A DNA stretch of 64,000 nt, taken from NCBI GenBank assembly GCA_963720545.1, contig OY970399.1, forward strand, positions 1,504,001 through 1,568,000, written 5' to 3'. Position 1 is the first letter of the stretch. Each line of letters opens with the position of its first letter. The notes beneath the pieces are model-generated. The model had not been told where the DNA came from. It was given only the letters and a program-made list of their open reading frames with translations, and did no database searches. Below, piece after piece: positions 25,395 to 35,800 of this stretch. The stretch comes from an uncultured Acidobacteriota bacterium. GTDB lineage: Bacteria > Acidobacteriota > Vicinamibacteria > Fen-336. Both the position numbers and the translations under genes were made by a program.

Positions 25395-25490
25395 TTGGTC
25401 ATTGTTTGAGAGATTGCAGACATTTAGAATGTGTGTTTAATCATAATTGTGGCCAGATTTAGTATTAATATCGTGCCAACTAGTTCTGGA
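25395..25490 (+). promoter_or_regulatory. AT-rich amt promoter region with a dyad
   Basis: Strongly AT-rich island in a GC-rich background; CAGACATT-TAG-AATGTGTG dyad at 25417-25435. Confidence 0.5.
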
Positions 25491-25502
25491 GCCACTGGAC
25501 CG

Positions 25503-26795
25503 ATGAAAGACGCCGACATCGCTTTCATGATCGTCGCCACCGCGCTGGTAGTCCTGATGACGCCAGCGCTCGGGTTCTTCTATTCCGGCATGGTGCGCGG
25601 CAAGAACGCGCTCAACACGCTGATGATGAGCCTTTCGGCGTTCGCCTTTGCCGGCATCGCCTGGGCGGTTCTCGGCTACTCGCTGGCATTCGCGCCGGGT
25701 GGCGGGTTCGTTGGCGGGCTGCGGCACGCTTTTCTCAGCGGCGTCGGGCTCGAGGCGCAGGGCTCCATCCCCCACCTGCTGTTCATGGCGTTCCAGGGCA
25801 GCTTCGCCATCATCACGGTGGCGCTCATCTCCGGGTCGCTGGTGGAGCGGATGCGGTTTTCCGCGTATCTCGCCTTCGGCACTCTGTGGACCGTCTTCAT
25901 CTATGCGCCCGTCGCCCACTGGGTCTGGGGCGGCGGTTTCCTGTCGCGCCTTGGCGCGCTCGACTTCGCCGGCGGCACGGTGGTGCACGTGAATGCCGCC
26001 GCGGCCGCGGTGGTGGCAGCGGTGGTTCTCGGGCCGCGCAAGGACTATGCGCGCCAGGCGTTCCTGCCGCACAGCGTCCCGTTCACGCTGCTCGGCGCCG
26101 GACTCCTTTACTTCGGCTGGTTCGGGTTCAACGCCGGCAGCGCGCTGCATGCCGACGCCACTGCGGCGCTGGCATTCACCAACACGCTGTTCGCACCGGC
26201 GGGCACGCTGCTCGTCTGGACGCTCCTCGACATGCGCCGCTCGCGGCGGGTCACCGCCGTCGGTGCCGCCACGGCCATCGTCGTCGGTCTGGTCGCGGTG
26301 ACGCCGGCCGCCGGCTTCGTCGCGCCGCTGTCGGCGATCTTCATCGGCGCGGTCGCCGCGGTGCCGAGCTATTACGCCTTGCTGTGGCGGGCGCGCACGC
26401 GCGTGGACGATTCGCTCGACGTCGCCGCGGCTCACGGGCTCGGCGGCACGGTGGGCGCGCTGCTCACCGGCGTCTTCGCCCACAAGGCGTGGAACGGCAT
26501 CGTCGATGGCGCGCTCTTCGGCAACCCGACCCAGCTTGCCATCCAGGCCGGCGCCGTCCTGGTGGTCGCCGCCTACAGCGCCGCGGGCACCTGGGTCATC
26601 CTGCGGCTGCTGGCGCTCGCGATGCCGCTGCGCGCCGCCGACCGCGACGAGGGCACCGGGCTCGACGTCACGCAGCACGGCGAGGAAGCATATGCGCGCG
26701 ACGAGGGCGCCATCCTCATCCTGCACGAGGAGCATGCCGGCGCCGAATCCGGCCTGGTCGCGCCGGCACTCGGCATGGGCGAGGCCCGCTGGTGA
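25503..26795 (+). CDS. amtB: Ammonium transporter
   Basis: LMTPALGFFY, AHWVWG, DFAGGTVVH, GWFGFNAGS, GLVAVTP, DDSLDV...HG, HGEEAY. Confidence 0.95.
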   Translation: MKDADIAFMIVATALVVLMTPALGFFYSGMVRGKNALNTLMMSLSAFAFAGIAWAVLGYSLAFAPGGGFVGGLRHAFLSGVGLEAQGSIPHLLFMAFQGSFAIITVALISGSLVERMRFSAYLAFGTLWTVFIYAPVAHWVWGGGFLSRLGALDFAGGTVVHVNAAAAAVVAAVVLGPRKDYARQAFLPHSVPFTLLGAGLLYFGWFGFNAGSALHADATAALAFTNTLFAPAGTLLVWTLLDMRRSRRVTAVGAATAIVVGLVAVTPAAGFVAPLSAIFIGAVAAVPSYYALLWRARTRVDDSLDVAAAHGLGGTVGALLTGVFAHKAWNGIVDGALFGNPTQLAIQAGAVLVVAAYSAAGTWVILRLLALAMPLRAADRDEGTGLDVTQHGEEAYARDEGAILILHEEHAGAESGLVAPALGMGEARW

Positions 26796-27139
26796 AGCTG
26801 GTCGTCGCGGTGCTGCGTCCGGACAAGCTGTCGGCAGTGCTCGAGGCGCTCTACCGCGCGGAGGTCCGCGGCCTCACGATCAGCCGCGTGCAGGGCCACG
26901 GCGGCGAGACCGACCGGGTCGAGACCTATCGCGGCACCACCGTGAAAATGGAGCTGAACGAGAAGGTGCGTCTCGAGATCGGCGTGTCCGATCATTTCGT
27001 GGACCTGACCGTGCGCGCCATCGCCGATGCCGCGCGCACCGGCGAGGTCGGCGACGGCAAGATCTTCGTGCTGCCGGTCGAGCGCGTGGTGCGGATCCGC
27101 ACCGGCGAGCAGGATCAGGAGGCGGTCACGCCCGTGTGA
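26792..27139 (+). CDS. glnK: PII nitrogen regulatory protein
   Basis: GTG start overlapping the amt stop; YRG T-loop, ARTGEVGDGKIFV, RIRTGE. Confidence 0.93.
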   Translation: MKLVVAVLRPDKLSAVLEALYRAEVRGLTISRVQGHGGETDRVETYRGTTVKMELNEKVRLEIGVSDHFVDLTVRAIADAARTGEVGDGKIFVLPVERVVRIRTGEQDQEAVTPV

Positions 27140-27154
27140 GGCGCTGGCGCGCGC

Positions 27155-28639
27155 TCAGTTTGTTTCGCGCGGGACCGGCCGTTCCGGCACTTCCTCGAGC
27201 AGGCCGCCGTGGCCGAGCGCCGCTATTGCGGCGCGGTCAAGCCGCTCGCCCGCGAGCAGGCGCGGCACCACGAGGTCAACGACGTTGGCCTTGGCGCTGC
27301 GCGCGCAGCCGGGCGCTCCCACCACCGGGATGCCGTCGAGGTAAGCGACAAGCAGCAGGTTGCCGGGATCGACCGGCGCGCCGTAGGCCTCGATCGTGCC
27401 GCCCGCAGCTTCGATGGCGCGCGGCGCGACATCGTGGCGATCGACGATGGCGGTTTCGCCCGCGATCAGGATCATCGTGATGCCGGCGGCCTGCTGGGCG
27501 CGCAGCGCGGCGGCGAGAGCCGCTTCCCCGGTTTCGTCCTCCAGCGAGACGAACAGCACCGCGTCGAGCGAAGCGCCCCACGACGTGAGACGGGCGCGCA
27601 ACGGCGGGTCGAAGTCGGAGACGATCCGATCGTGCGCGGAAGGCGACCCGACCAGGATGAGGGCAACGCGGTGCGGCGGCAGCGCCTCGATGCGCAGCAG
27701 CGGTTCGCTGGTCGCCGCTATCGCGACCGCGCGCTCGACGCTCGTGCCGGGAACGAAGAAGGGCACGATCTTCACGGTTGCCGCGAGCTGGCGCGCCTTC
27801 ACGACACTGCCCGAAGTCAGCGTCGAGACGGAAACGCCTTCGACCAGGTTCAGCTCGGTGAGCCGGCCGGGATCGAGGCGCAGCAGGCCCGGTGCCGTCG
27901 CGAGCAGGTTCACGCGGCCGACGTGCGGACTGGTTGCTTCCAGGTTGGGCCCGCCGAGCGATGCGGCAATGCGCTGCGCGGCCTCGTTCTCGCCGACGTC
28001 GGCGGCGCCCGGCCGGGACGCGTAGACGCTGCGGCGGCCCAGCGAACGCAGCACCTCGATGTCCGCGACGGCCAGCACCCGGCCCTTGCGCAGCAGCCGG
28101 CGGCCGTCGGCAGCGGCGATGTTGTGGGCGAGGATGGCGCCTTCCGCCTGCTCGAGGGCCAGGGAGCCGAAAGGCAATCCGGCGCTTTCCTTGGCTTCGC
28201 CTTCGATCCTGACCCGCACCGCCTCGAAGAAGGCATCGGTCAGCCGCTGCGCAACTCCGCCCATGAGGCGCGCCGCAATGCTCGCGATGGTGCCTACGAC
28301 GTTGACGTCGGCCACCCAGTGCAGGTGCGTGCCGGCGCCTTCCCCGTCGGACAGCGACATCTCGCTCTGCACGTCCACGGCGCTGCCGGGCGCCTTGCCG
28401 TGGGCCTTCATGCGCGCCCGGTTCGGCGCCTCGAGGTCGAGCCATTCAGCGTCCGTGACGAAACGCGCCTTCATCGCGCCGAAGCCGACCGCTGCGACCG
28501 CCCGGAACCTGCGGCCGTCGTCCAGCACTTCGAGCGACTCGACGTCCGGGGCGCAGCTGCCGACGGCGCGCGGATCGGTGAGGAACGCCCAGACCTGCTG
28601 GCGCGGCGCGCGGATTTCGACGTCGCCCTCGAAACGCAT
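27155..28639 (-). CDS. CoxG (SRPBCC) fused to a molybdopterin-binding MoeA-like domain
   Basis: N-terminal ~150 aa CoxG-like (VWAFLTDP..VGSCAPDV...FFEAV); then FG...QAEGAILAH, GRVNL, TVKIVPF, GAPVDPGNLL, GAPGCARS, GHGGLLEE. Confidence 0.8.
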   Translation of the reverse strand: MRFEGDVEIRAPRQQVWAFLTDPRAVGSCAPDVESLEVLDDGRRFRAVAAVGFGAMKARFVTDAEWLDLEAPNRARMKAHGKAPGSAVDVQSEMSLSDGEGAGTHLHWVADVNVVGTIASIAARLMGGVAQRLTDAFFEAVRVRIEGEAKESAGLPFGSLALEQAEGAILAHNIAAADGRRLLRKGRVLAVADIEVLRSLGRRSVYASRPGAADVGENEAAQRIAASLGGPNLEATSPHVGRVNLLATAPGLLRLDPGRLTELNLVEGVSVSTLTSGSVVKARQLAATVKIVPFFVPGTSVERAVAIAATSEPLLRIEALPPHRVALILVGSPSAHDRIVSDFDPPLRARLTSWGASLDAVLFVSLEDETGEAALAAALRAQQAAGITMILIAGETAIVDRHDVAPRAIEAAGGTIEAYGAPVDPGNLLLVAYLDGIPVVGAPGCARSAKANVVDLVVPRLLAGERLDRAAIAALGHGGLLEEVPERPVPRETN

Positions 28640-28725
28640 GGTGCTCGGGGATTCTAAGTGCGCTGCTGACCAAAACCTCAGGAGTCCGTGACTACATCCG
28701 AGACCGAAATGCGGATACTTCGTTC

Positions 28726-29814
28726 ATGCCGACCGCGATCGAGTTTCCCGGAGAGTTCCTGACACGGCGCGCCGAAGTGCGCGATCGCGGCCGCCTGACG
28801 GAGCTGATGGCGCAGCGCCATCCCGGTTACTTCGCCGCACGCTACGCCTGGCTCTACCGCGCGAACCCGCACGGGGCGGCCACCACGTGGCTCGCCTTCG
28901 AACGCGCGAGCGGGCGCCTCGCGGGCTGTGCTTCGATCTTTCCGCGCACGCTGCTCGTGGCAGGAAGCCTCCATCGCGGCGCAGTGGCCGGCGACTGCCA
29001 TGTGCATTCCGCCTTCGCGGGACGCGGCGTCGACGTGCTGCTGGCGCGGGCCGTGGCGAGCGACCTTGGCGATGCTGGGGTGGAATACCTCTTCGGCCCG
29101 GCGCTCGCCGGTGCCAACGGCTGCGATGCCGCCGCTGTCGGCGCGTTCGGCTCGTGGCTGCGGCCGCTGGTCAGCGACGCCTGCTCCGGACCGCGGTTCC
29201 TGCGGCGGACACGCCTGCGCCTCATCGAACGCCGCGCCGGACGCGCCGCCGCCGGCTACCGAATGGAGCCGCTCGTTCTGGACGACGACGGCTGCGGCCA
29301 GTTCTTCGCCGCGGCCGCCGCTCAGTATCCGGTCCTTGGTCGGCGCGACCTGCCTTATATAAGGTGGCGGTACCGCGACTGCGTAGCGCGGACGCAGCGG
29401 CCGTTCGTAGTGAAGCGCCGCGGCCAGATCGTCGGCTTCGTCGCCCTCGAGACGACCGCGGGCCGCCTGCACGTCGTGGACTTGCTGACGTTCCGCGAGC
29501 GTGAAGCGATGGACGCTGCGCTGGCCCTGGTCGTGAGCCATGGCCGAAGGCTTGCGTGCGACTCGGTCGCCATCGGCTGCACGCGCGAGGGCGCCCTCGC
29601 GGGGCGGCTCGCCCACCACGGCTTCGCCTTCAACGTGCGCGGCGAACGGCGCTTCGAGGTGCGCGCCGCAGGTCCGGCGCCATTGCCCGAGCAGCTTCGC
29701 GACCCGGCCGCATGGCATTTCCTGCAAGGCGATGAGGGCAACGACACGGTGGCCGCGCGCGTGCGGAGATTTCCCAGCCACGAGCCGAGCGGAAGCGCGA
29801 AAATGGCTTCGTGA
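28726..29814 (+). CDS. GNAT-fold protein (probably tandem GNAT domains)
   Basis: WLYRANP.G, GDCHVHSAFAGRGV, RRDLPYIRWRY, HVVDL, W...GD. Confidence 0.6.
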   Translation: MPTAIEFPGEFLTRRAEVRDRGRLTELMAQRHPGYFAARYAWLYRANPHGAATTWLAFERASGRLAGCASIFPRTLLVAGSLHRGAVAGDCHVHSAFAGRGVDVLLARAVASDLGDAGVEYLFGPALAGANGCDAAAVGAFGSWLRPLVSDACSGPRFLRRTRLRLIERRAGRAAAGYRMEPLVLDDDGCGQFFAAAAAQYPVLGRRDLPYIRWRYRDCVARTQRPFVVKRRGQIVGFVALETTAGRLHVVDLLTFREREAMDAALALVVSHGRRLACDSVAIGCTREGALAGRLAHHGFAFNVRGERRFEVRAAGPAPLPEQLRDPAAWHFLQGDEGNDTVAARVRRFPSHEPSGSAKMAS

Positions 29815-30458
29815 CCGGGACCGGCGAAAAGCACGAAGAGATCCTCAACATCTACGATGACAACGGCGCGGTCAGCGGCACGCTCGGTCGCCGCGCCGCC
29901 AAGGCGCGCGGCGAGATCCTCGGCGTGGTGCACGCGCTGGTGGTGAACGGCGCGGGCGAGGTGCTGCTGCAGCAGCGACCGCAGGGTCTCGAGAACGGCA
30001 CCCGCTGGGACAAGACCGTGGGCGGCCACGTCGGCGCCGGCGAGTCGTTCGCGGACACCATCGTTCGCGAAAGCCGCGAGGAACTGTTCGACGATGCCGA
30101 GGGCGGGCCGGTGGTGCTCGCCGCGGACGACGCAGCCTTCACGGCACTGGTCGCCGCGGGGGTCGCGAGCGGCAGCGTGGTGCTGAAGCACGCCGGCGTG
30201 CAGCTGGGGCTGCGCGACGTGCGCGTCGTCGCCGGCGGCTTTCGCAACCAGGCCTATCACGTCGGCATCTTCATCGGCCGGACCGACCTGACGCGCGCTG
30301 CGTTTCGGCCGCAGGCGTCGGAGATCGCCGACCTGAGGTTTCACGAAGCCGCGGCGGTCGACGCCATGCTGCTCGCGGGCACGCTGGCGCCGAACATGGC
30401 GTTCCTCTGGCTCGCCTACGGCCGCCGGGCGCTGCGCCTGGCAGGAGACGGCCGATAG
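29811..30458 (+). CDS. Nudix hydrolase (IPP-isomerase-like subgroup)
   Basis: VLLQQR, WDKTVGGHVGAGES...VRESREEL Nudix box. Confidence 0.75.
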   Translation: MTGTGEKHEEILNIYDDNGAVSGTLGRRAAKARGEILGVVHALVVNGAGEVLLQQRPQGLENGTRWDKTVGGHVGAGESFADTIVRESREELFDDAEGGPVVLAADDAAFTALVAAGVASGSVVLKHAGVQLGLRDVRVVAGGFRNQAYHVGIFIGRTDLTRAAFRPQASEIADLRFHEAAAVDAMLLAGTLAPNMAFLWLAYGRRALRLAGDGR

Positions 30459-30468
30459 AATCTCCTGC

Positions 30469-31056
30469 ATGGGAGTCGGTTGGGAGCGGCTGGAGCGAGC
30501 TCTCGCAAGCCGCGAAGCGCGCGAAGTCGATGCGCCAGGCCTGCGTCAGGCCGCGGTTTCCCTGGTGTTTCGCGAACAGGACGGCGCCCTCGAGCTGCTG
30601 TTCATGAAGCGCGCCGAGGACCCGAACGATCCCTGGTCGGGACAGATCGGCTTTCCCGGCGGACGCGTCGAGCCCACGGACAGCGGCTTTCGCGCGGCGG
30701 CCGTGCGCGAGACTGCCGAAGAAGTCGGCATCGACCTCGATGCCTGGGGCGAGTACCTCGGTCCGCTCGACCAACTGCGCGCGGTCGCACGCATGCGTCC
30801 CGTGGATTTGGTGATCGCACCGTTCGCCTGGCGGTTGCGCGAGCATCGCGGCGTGGTCGCAAACGCGGAAGTGGCCAGCACCCACTGGGTGGCGCTCGAC
30901 GCGCTCCTCGACACCGCCAATCACGGCACCATGGAATACGATCACGCCGGCGCCATGCTGAGGTTTCCCTGCGTGCGGGTTGCCGGGCTCGTGATCTGGG
31001 GGCTGACGTTTCGCATGTTCGGCGAGCTGGCGGAGCGGCTGGCGGGGCTCCCGTGA
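30469..31056 (+). CDS. CoA pyrophosphatase (Nudix, NudL-like)
   Basis: AAVSL, KRA....WSGQIGFPGG, AVRETAEEVG, IWGLT. Confidence 0.88.
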   Translation: MGVGWERLERALASREAREVDAPGLRQAAVSLVFREQDGALELLFMKRAEDPNDPWSGQIGFPGGRVEPTDSGFRAAAVRETAEEVGIDLDAWGEYLGPLDQLRAVARMRPVDLVIAPFAWRLREHRGVVANAEVASTHWVALDALLDTANHGTMEYDHAGAMLRFPCVRVAGLVIWGLTFRMFGELAERLAGLP

Positions 31057-31460
31057 TCGCATTGACGCGCGAGCCCATCGACGTCGCAGCCCTGCACCAG
31101 GCCGACCCCTGCGACGGCGCCTTGTGCGTGTTCGTCGGCGTGGTGCGCAACAGCAACCTCGGCCGCGCCGTGGCATCGCTCGAGTACGAGGCGTACGAAG
31201 AGATGGCGCTGCCGCTGATGGAAGAGATCGCGGCGCAGGCGCGCGCCCGCTTCGCCGACATCACGCGCGTGGCGATGATCCACCGTCTCGGCCACCTGCA
31301 GGTCGGTGAACCGAGCGTGGCGGTGGCGGTGGCGTCGCCACACCGCGCCGACGCATTCGCCGCCTGCCGGTTCGCGATCGACGCCCTGAAGGCGACGGTG
31401 CCGATCTGGAAGAAGGAGCATTACACCGACGGGTCGGTGTGGCTCGACGGCGAGGCCTAG
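31053..31460 (+). CDS. moaE: Molybdopterin synthase catalytic subunit
   Basis: GALCVFVGVVR, LEYEAY, HRLG, SPHR, LKATVPIWKKE. Confidence 0.93.
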   Translation: MIALTREPIDVAALHQADPCDGALCVFVGVVRNSNLGRAVASLEYEAYEEMALPLMEEIAAQARARFADITRVAMIHRLGHLQVGEPSVAVAVASPHRADAFAACRFAIDALKATVPIWKKEHYTDGSVWLDGEA

Positions 31461-32458
31461 CCGCCGATCTGGAACATGGCGCGCTCCTCGGACGAGATGC
31501 CTTCGTCGAGGTTGTGGCCGGTGGGCTTGAGGCCGACGGCCTTGCGCAGGATGTCGCGCACCGCCTCTTCGCCGCGGCCGCCGCGGATCGCGGCGCGCAC
31601 GTCGAGTTCGTCGTCGTGCAGCAGACACAGGTGGAACTTGCCGTCCGCGGTCAGACGCATGCGGTTGCAGGTGCCGCAGTAAGGTTCGCTCACCGGGCTG
31701 ATGAAGCCGACGACGCCCTGGCCTTGCGCGAAACGGTAGTTCCTCGCTTCGTCCGAGCGGTTGGCGTTCGGCAGCGGCGTGAGCGGGCCGAGCGCCGCCT
31801 CGATGCGGCGGCGGCTCTCCGCGGAGGGCACGTACTGCGACAAAGCGATGTGCGCCGCCTCCCCGCCGCCGAGCGGCATCAGCTCGATGAAGCGCACGTG
31901 CCAGTCACGCTCGAGCGCGCGGCGCGCGATGTCCACCACGTCGAGGTCGTTGAAGTCGCGGGTGACGACGCTGTTGATCTTGACGGGCGTCAGGCCGGCC
32001 TCTTCCGCGGCCGCGATGCCGGCCTCGATCTCCTCGAGGTTGCCGAAGCGCATGATCTTCTTCAGCCGCTCGCGGTCGAAGGTGTCGACGTGGATGTTGA
32101 GGCGGCGCAGGCCGGCGGCACGCAGCGGCTTCGCCAGCCGCGGCAGCAGGATGCCGTTGGTGGTCATCGCGATGTCGATGTCGAGGCCCTGCTGCTTCCC
32201 CACCGACGCGATGCGAGCGACGATCTCGACGAGGTCGGCGCGCAGCGTCGGCTCGCCGCCGGTCAGGCGGAACTTGCGGAAGCCGACCGCCACCGCGGCG
32301 CGTGCGACGGTCTCGATCTCCGCCGCGGTCAGGAGCTCGGGCGAAGGCACGAAGCGCAGGCCGCGCAGCGGCATGCAGTAGACGCACCGCAGGTTGCAGT
32401 GGTCGGTGACCGAGATGCGCAGGTAGTTGATGTCGCGCCCGAACCGGTCGGCTGGCAA
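31457..32458 (-). CDS. moaA: GTP 3',8-cyclase (radical SAM)
   Basis: DRFGR, LRISVTDHCNLRCVYC, LTGGEP, C..CNRMRLTADG...C, C-terminal IGG; TTG start with GGAGGA RBS. Confidence 0.95.
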   Translation of the reverse strand: MPADRFGRDINYLRISVTDHCNLRCVYCMPLRGLRFVPSPELLTAAEIETVARAAVAVGFRKFRLTGGEPTLRADLVEIVARIASVGKQQGLDIDIAMTTNGILLPRLAKPLRAAGLRRLNIHVDTFDRERLKKIMRFGNLEEIEAGIAAAEEAGLTPVKINSVVTRDFNDLDVVDIARRALERDWHVRFIELMPLGGGEAAHIALSQYVPSAESRRRIEAALGPLTPLPNANRSDEARNYRFAQGQGVVGFISPVSEPYCGTCNRMRLTADGKFHLCLLHDDELDVRAAIRGGRGEEAVRDILRKAVGLKPTGHNLDEGISSEERAMFQIGG

Positions 32459-32560
32459 GTTAATCCGTCTCCTCCAACAGCTTGAAGAGATCCAGTCTAG
32501 CGGTTTGACGCTCCGGCGAGAACGTGGCAACGTGGCGCGTTCGTCCGGTACCCCTGAAAA

Positions 32561-32806
32561 ATGAAAGTCAAAGTGCGACTCTTCGCATCGCTGCGCGAGG
32601 ATGCCGGCCGCAACGAGATCGAGGTCGAGCTGCGGCCCCCGGCCACCGTCGAACAGTGCTGGGACGAGCTCGCGGTGCTGGTGCCGGCGCTGCGGCGCCG
32701 GCGCGCCCGCCTGATGGCCGCGGTCAACCGCCGCTACGCTGCCTTCGACAAGCGCCTCGACGAGCAGGACGAAGTGGTTTTCATCCCGCCCGTGAGCGGC
32801 GGCTAG
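32561..32806 (+). CDS. moaD: Molybdopterin synthase sulfur carrier
   Basis: VRLFASLRE, AVN, DEVVFIPPVSGG. Confidence 0.93.
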   Translation: MKVKVRLFASLREDAGRNEIEVELRPPATVEQCWDELAVLVPALRRRRARLMAAVNRRYAAFDKRLDEQDEVVFIPPVSGG

Positions 32807-32835
32807 CTCCCGTCAATGTTCCCCTGGAGGATTGA

Positions 32836-35800
32836 ATGATGCGGCGCGTATTCGCCATTGCCGTCCTAGCGATCTCGACATTCGCGGCTTTCGCGCTCGC
32901 GGCTCCCAAGGAGAAGAAGCCGGCCGCCGCCGCGGCGCCCGCCGACATCGCCGCCGACATCAACAAGCCGCGCGCCGACGCGCGCAAGGTCGCGTTCGAC
33001 ACCGACGAGGGCACCTGGCTCTCGCTCGACGTGGCGCCCGACGGCAAGACGATCGCCTTCGACCTGCTTGGCGACTTGTACTCGCTGCCGATCGCGGGCG
33101 GCGCCGCCACCCGCCTGACGAGCGGCCCGGGCTACGACACCCAGCCGCGCTTTTCCCCCGACGGCAAGACGATTGCCTTCACCAGCGACCGCAGCGGCAT
33201 CGACAACCTGTGGCTCGTCGACGCCGACGGCAGGAACCCGCGCGCGCTGACCACGGAAAAGGGCAGCTACGTGCGCGGGCCCGCGTGGACGCCGGACGGG
33301 CAATACGTCATGGGGCGCAAGGAAGACGGCACCAAGGCCGGCATCCCACCGGTCGAGCTGTGGCTCTTCCACGTGGACGGCGGCTCGGGCGTGGCGCTCA
33401 CCACCCGCGACGACGCGAGCAACACCTCGGGCGCGGTGGCGGCGAAGAACGGCCGCTTCATCTATTACTCGGCGCGCAAGGCGAACTACAGCTACACGCC
33501 CGACCTCAGCAACGGCCTGTGGCAGATCCACCGCTACGACCGGCGCACGGCCGAGAGCCTGCCGATCACCAACGGCGTCGGCGGCGGCGTGCGGCCGGCG
33601 CTCTCGCCCGACGGCAAGACGCTCGTGTACGTGAGCCGCATCGACAACCAGACGGTGCTGGTGACGCGCGACCTCGATTCGGGGCGCGAGAAGGTGCTGT
33701 CGCGCGAGCTGTCGCGCGACGAGCAGGAAGGCTTCGGCCAGCTCGACATCTGGCCCGGCTACGCGTTCACCCCCGACGGCAACGCGATAGTCTCCTGGAG
33801 CGGCGGCAAGCTGCGGCGCTTCGACGCGCAGAGCGGTGCCGCCACCGTCATTCCGTTCACCGTGCACGTCGAGCAGTGGCTGGCGCCACGGGTCGCGTGG
33901 CAGGACCGCATCGAAGGCGGCGCATTCCGCGCGCGCATCCTGCGCACCGCGAACGCCTCGCCCGACGGCAGCAGGATCGTGTTCGGCGCGCTCGGGCAGA
34001 TCTGGATCCAGGACGTCGCGAACGGCAAGGCCGCCGGGGCGCCGCGCCGCCTTACCTCCTCGCCGCCTGAAGCGCGCGAGTATGCTCCGACCTTTTCACC
34101 CAACGGCAGCTCGGTCGCGTACGTCACCTGGAACGATGCCGAGGGCGGCAACCTGTGGCGCATTCCCGCAACCGGCGGAACCGCGAAGAAGCTGACGACG
34201 GCGCCGGGCCACTACGCCAACCCGACGTGGTCGCAGAAGGGCGACCGCATCAGCGTGATCCGCGGCTCGGGGCTGGAGTTCCGCGGCCGCCAGCCGGAGG
34301 AAGAGGACTATTTCGAGGCGTACTGGCTGAACGCCGACGGCGGCGAGCTGCACCTCGCCACAACCATCAACTCGCCTGGCGGCCTGCGCTTCCACCCGCG
34401 CGCCTTCTGGAGCGCCGACGGCGAGCGGCTCTACATGGCCGAGGCGCTACCGCCGAAGAAGCCGGGCGACATCCCGAAGACCGACCTCGTCTCGGTGCGC
34501 CTCGACGGCAGCGACAAGCGCCAGCACCTGCGCCTGCCCACGGTCGGCGAACTGGTGCCCTCGCCGGACGCGGCGTGGGTCGCGTTCACCTCGCGCGACA
34601 ACGTCTACGTCACTGCCTTTCCGGAAGTCGCGACCAAGGAGCCGGCCGAGGTCTCGATCAAGGATGGCGCAGTGCCGGTGTTCCGGCTCAGCCAGTCGGC
34701 CGGCGCCTACGTCGGCTGGAACGGCGACTCGAAGTCACTGACCTGGATCTTCGGCAACGAATTCCACCGCGCCGCGGTTGCCGACATCCTCAAGTGGAGC
34801 GCCGACGAAAAGAAGAAGGCGGCGGAGAAGGACAAGAAGGAAACCGAGAAGGGCAAGAAGGACGCAAGCGACGCCGCCGCCCCGAAGAAGGACGACACCA
34901 TTCTCGAGCTGGCGCCGAGCCAGGCGATCGCGATCGACCTGCAGGTGCCGCATTCGGTGCCCGCCGGCGCGTTCGTGGTGCGCAATGCGCGCGTCATCAC
35001 CATGAAGGGCGACGAGGTGCTGGAGCGCGCCGACATCGTGGTGAGCGGCAACCGCATCAGCGCCATCGGCGCGGCCGGCTCGCTCAAGGTGCCGCAGGGC
35101 GCGCGCGAGTTCGACGCCGCCGGCAAGACCGTCATCCCCGGCCTCATCGACACCCATGCGCACCTGCACTACTCGGGGTACGAGATCTTCCCCGACCACA
35201 AGTGGGAATACGACACCAACCTCGCGTACGGCGTCACCACCACCTACGACCCGTCGGCGCCGTCGCACGACACGTTTTCGCAGGCCGAGATGGTGGACGC
35301 CGGGCTGCTGACCGGGCCGCGCACCTACTCCTCGGGCGACGTGCTCTACGGCGGCCAGGCGTTCGACATCTGGGCGGATGCGGACACCCAGGCCGATGCC
35401 ATCCGCCAGATCCGCCGCATGAAGGCGTACGGCGCGCAGATGGTGAAGGTGTACCAGCAGCCACGGCGCTCGGCGCGCATGTATCTCGCCGAAGCCTGCC
35501 GCAAGGAAAAGATGCTGATGACCGCCGAGGGCGGCGGCGAGCTCTCGACCGACATGACCATGGTGCTCGACGGCTTCACCGCCTTCGAGCACGCGCTGCC
35601 GGTGCACCTTTACAAGGACGTCGTCGAGCTCGTCGCCCGCTCCGGGACGTACTACACGCCGACGCTGCTGGTGGCGTACGGCGGCCCGTGGGGCGAGCTC
35701 TACTATTACCAGGTGCGAAACCCGCATGACGATGCGAAGCTGCGCCGCTTCGTGCCGCACCGGCAACTCGACCGCCTCGGCCGCCGCCACCCCTTCTACC

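Noticed and set aside
25465..25480. sigma54 promoter TGGCACG on the minus strand
   Set aside because: The -12 TTGC is missing (TAAT instead) and it points away from amt
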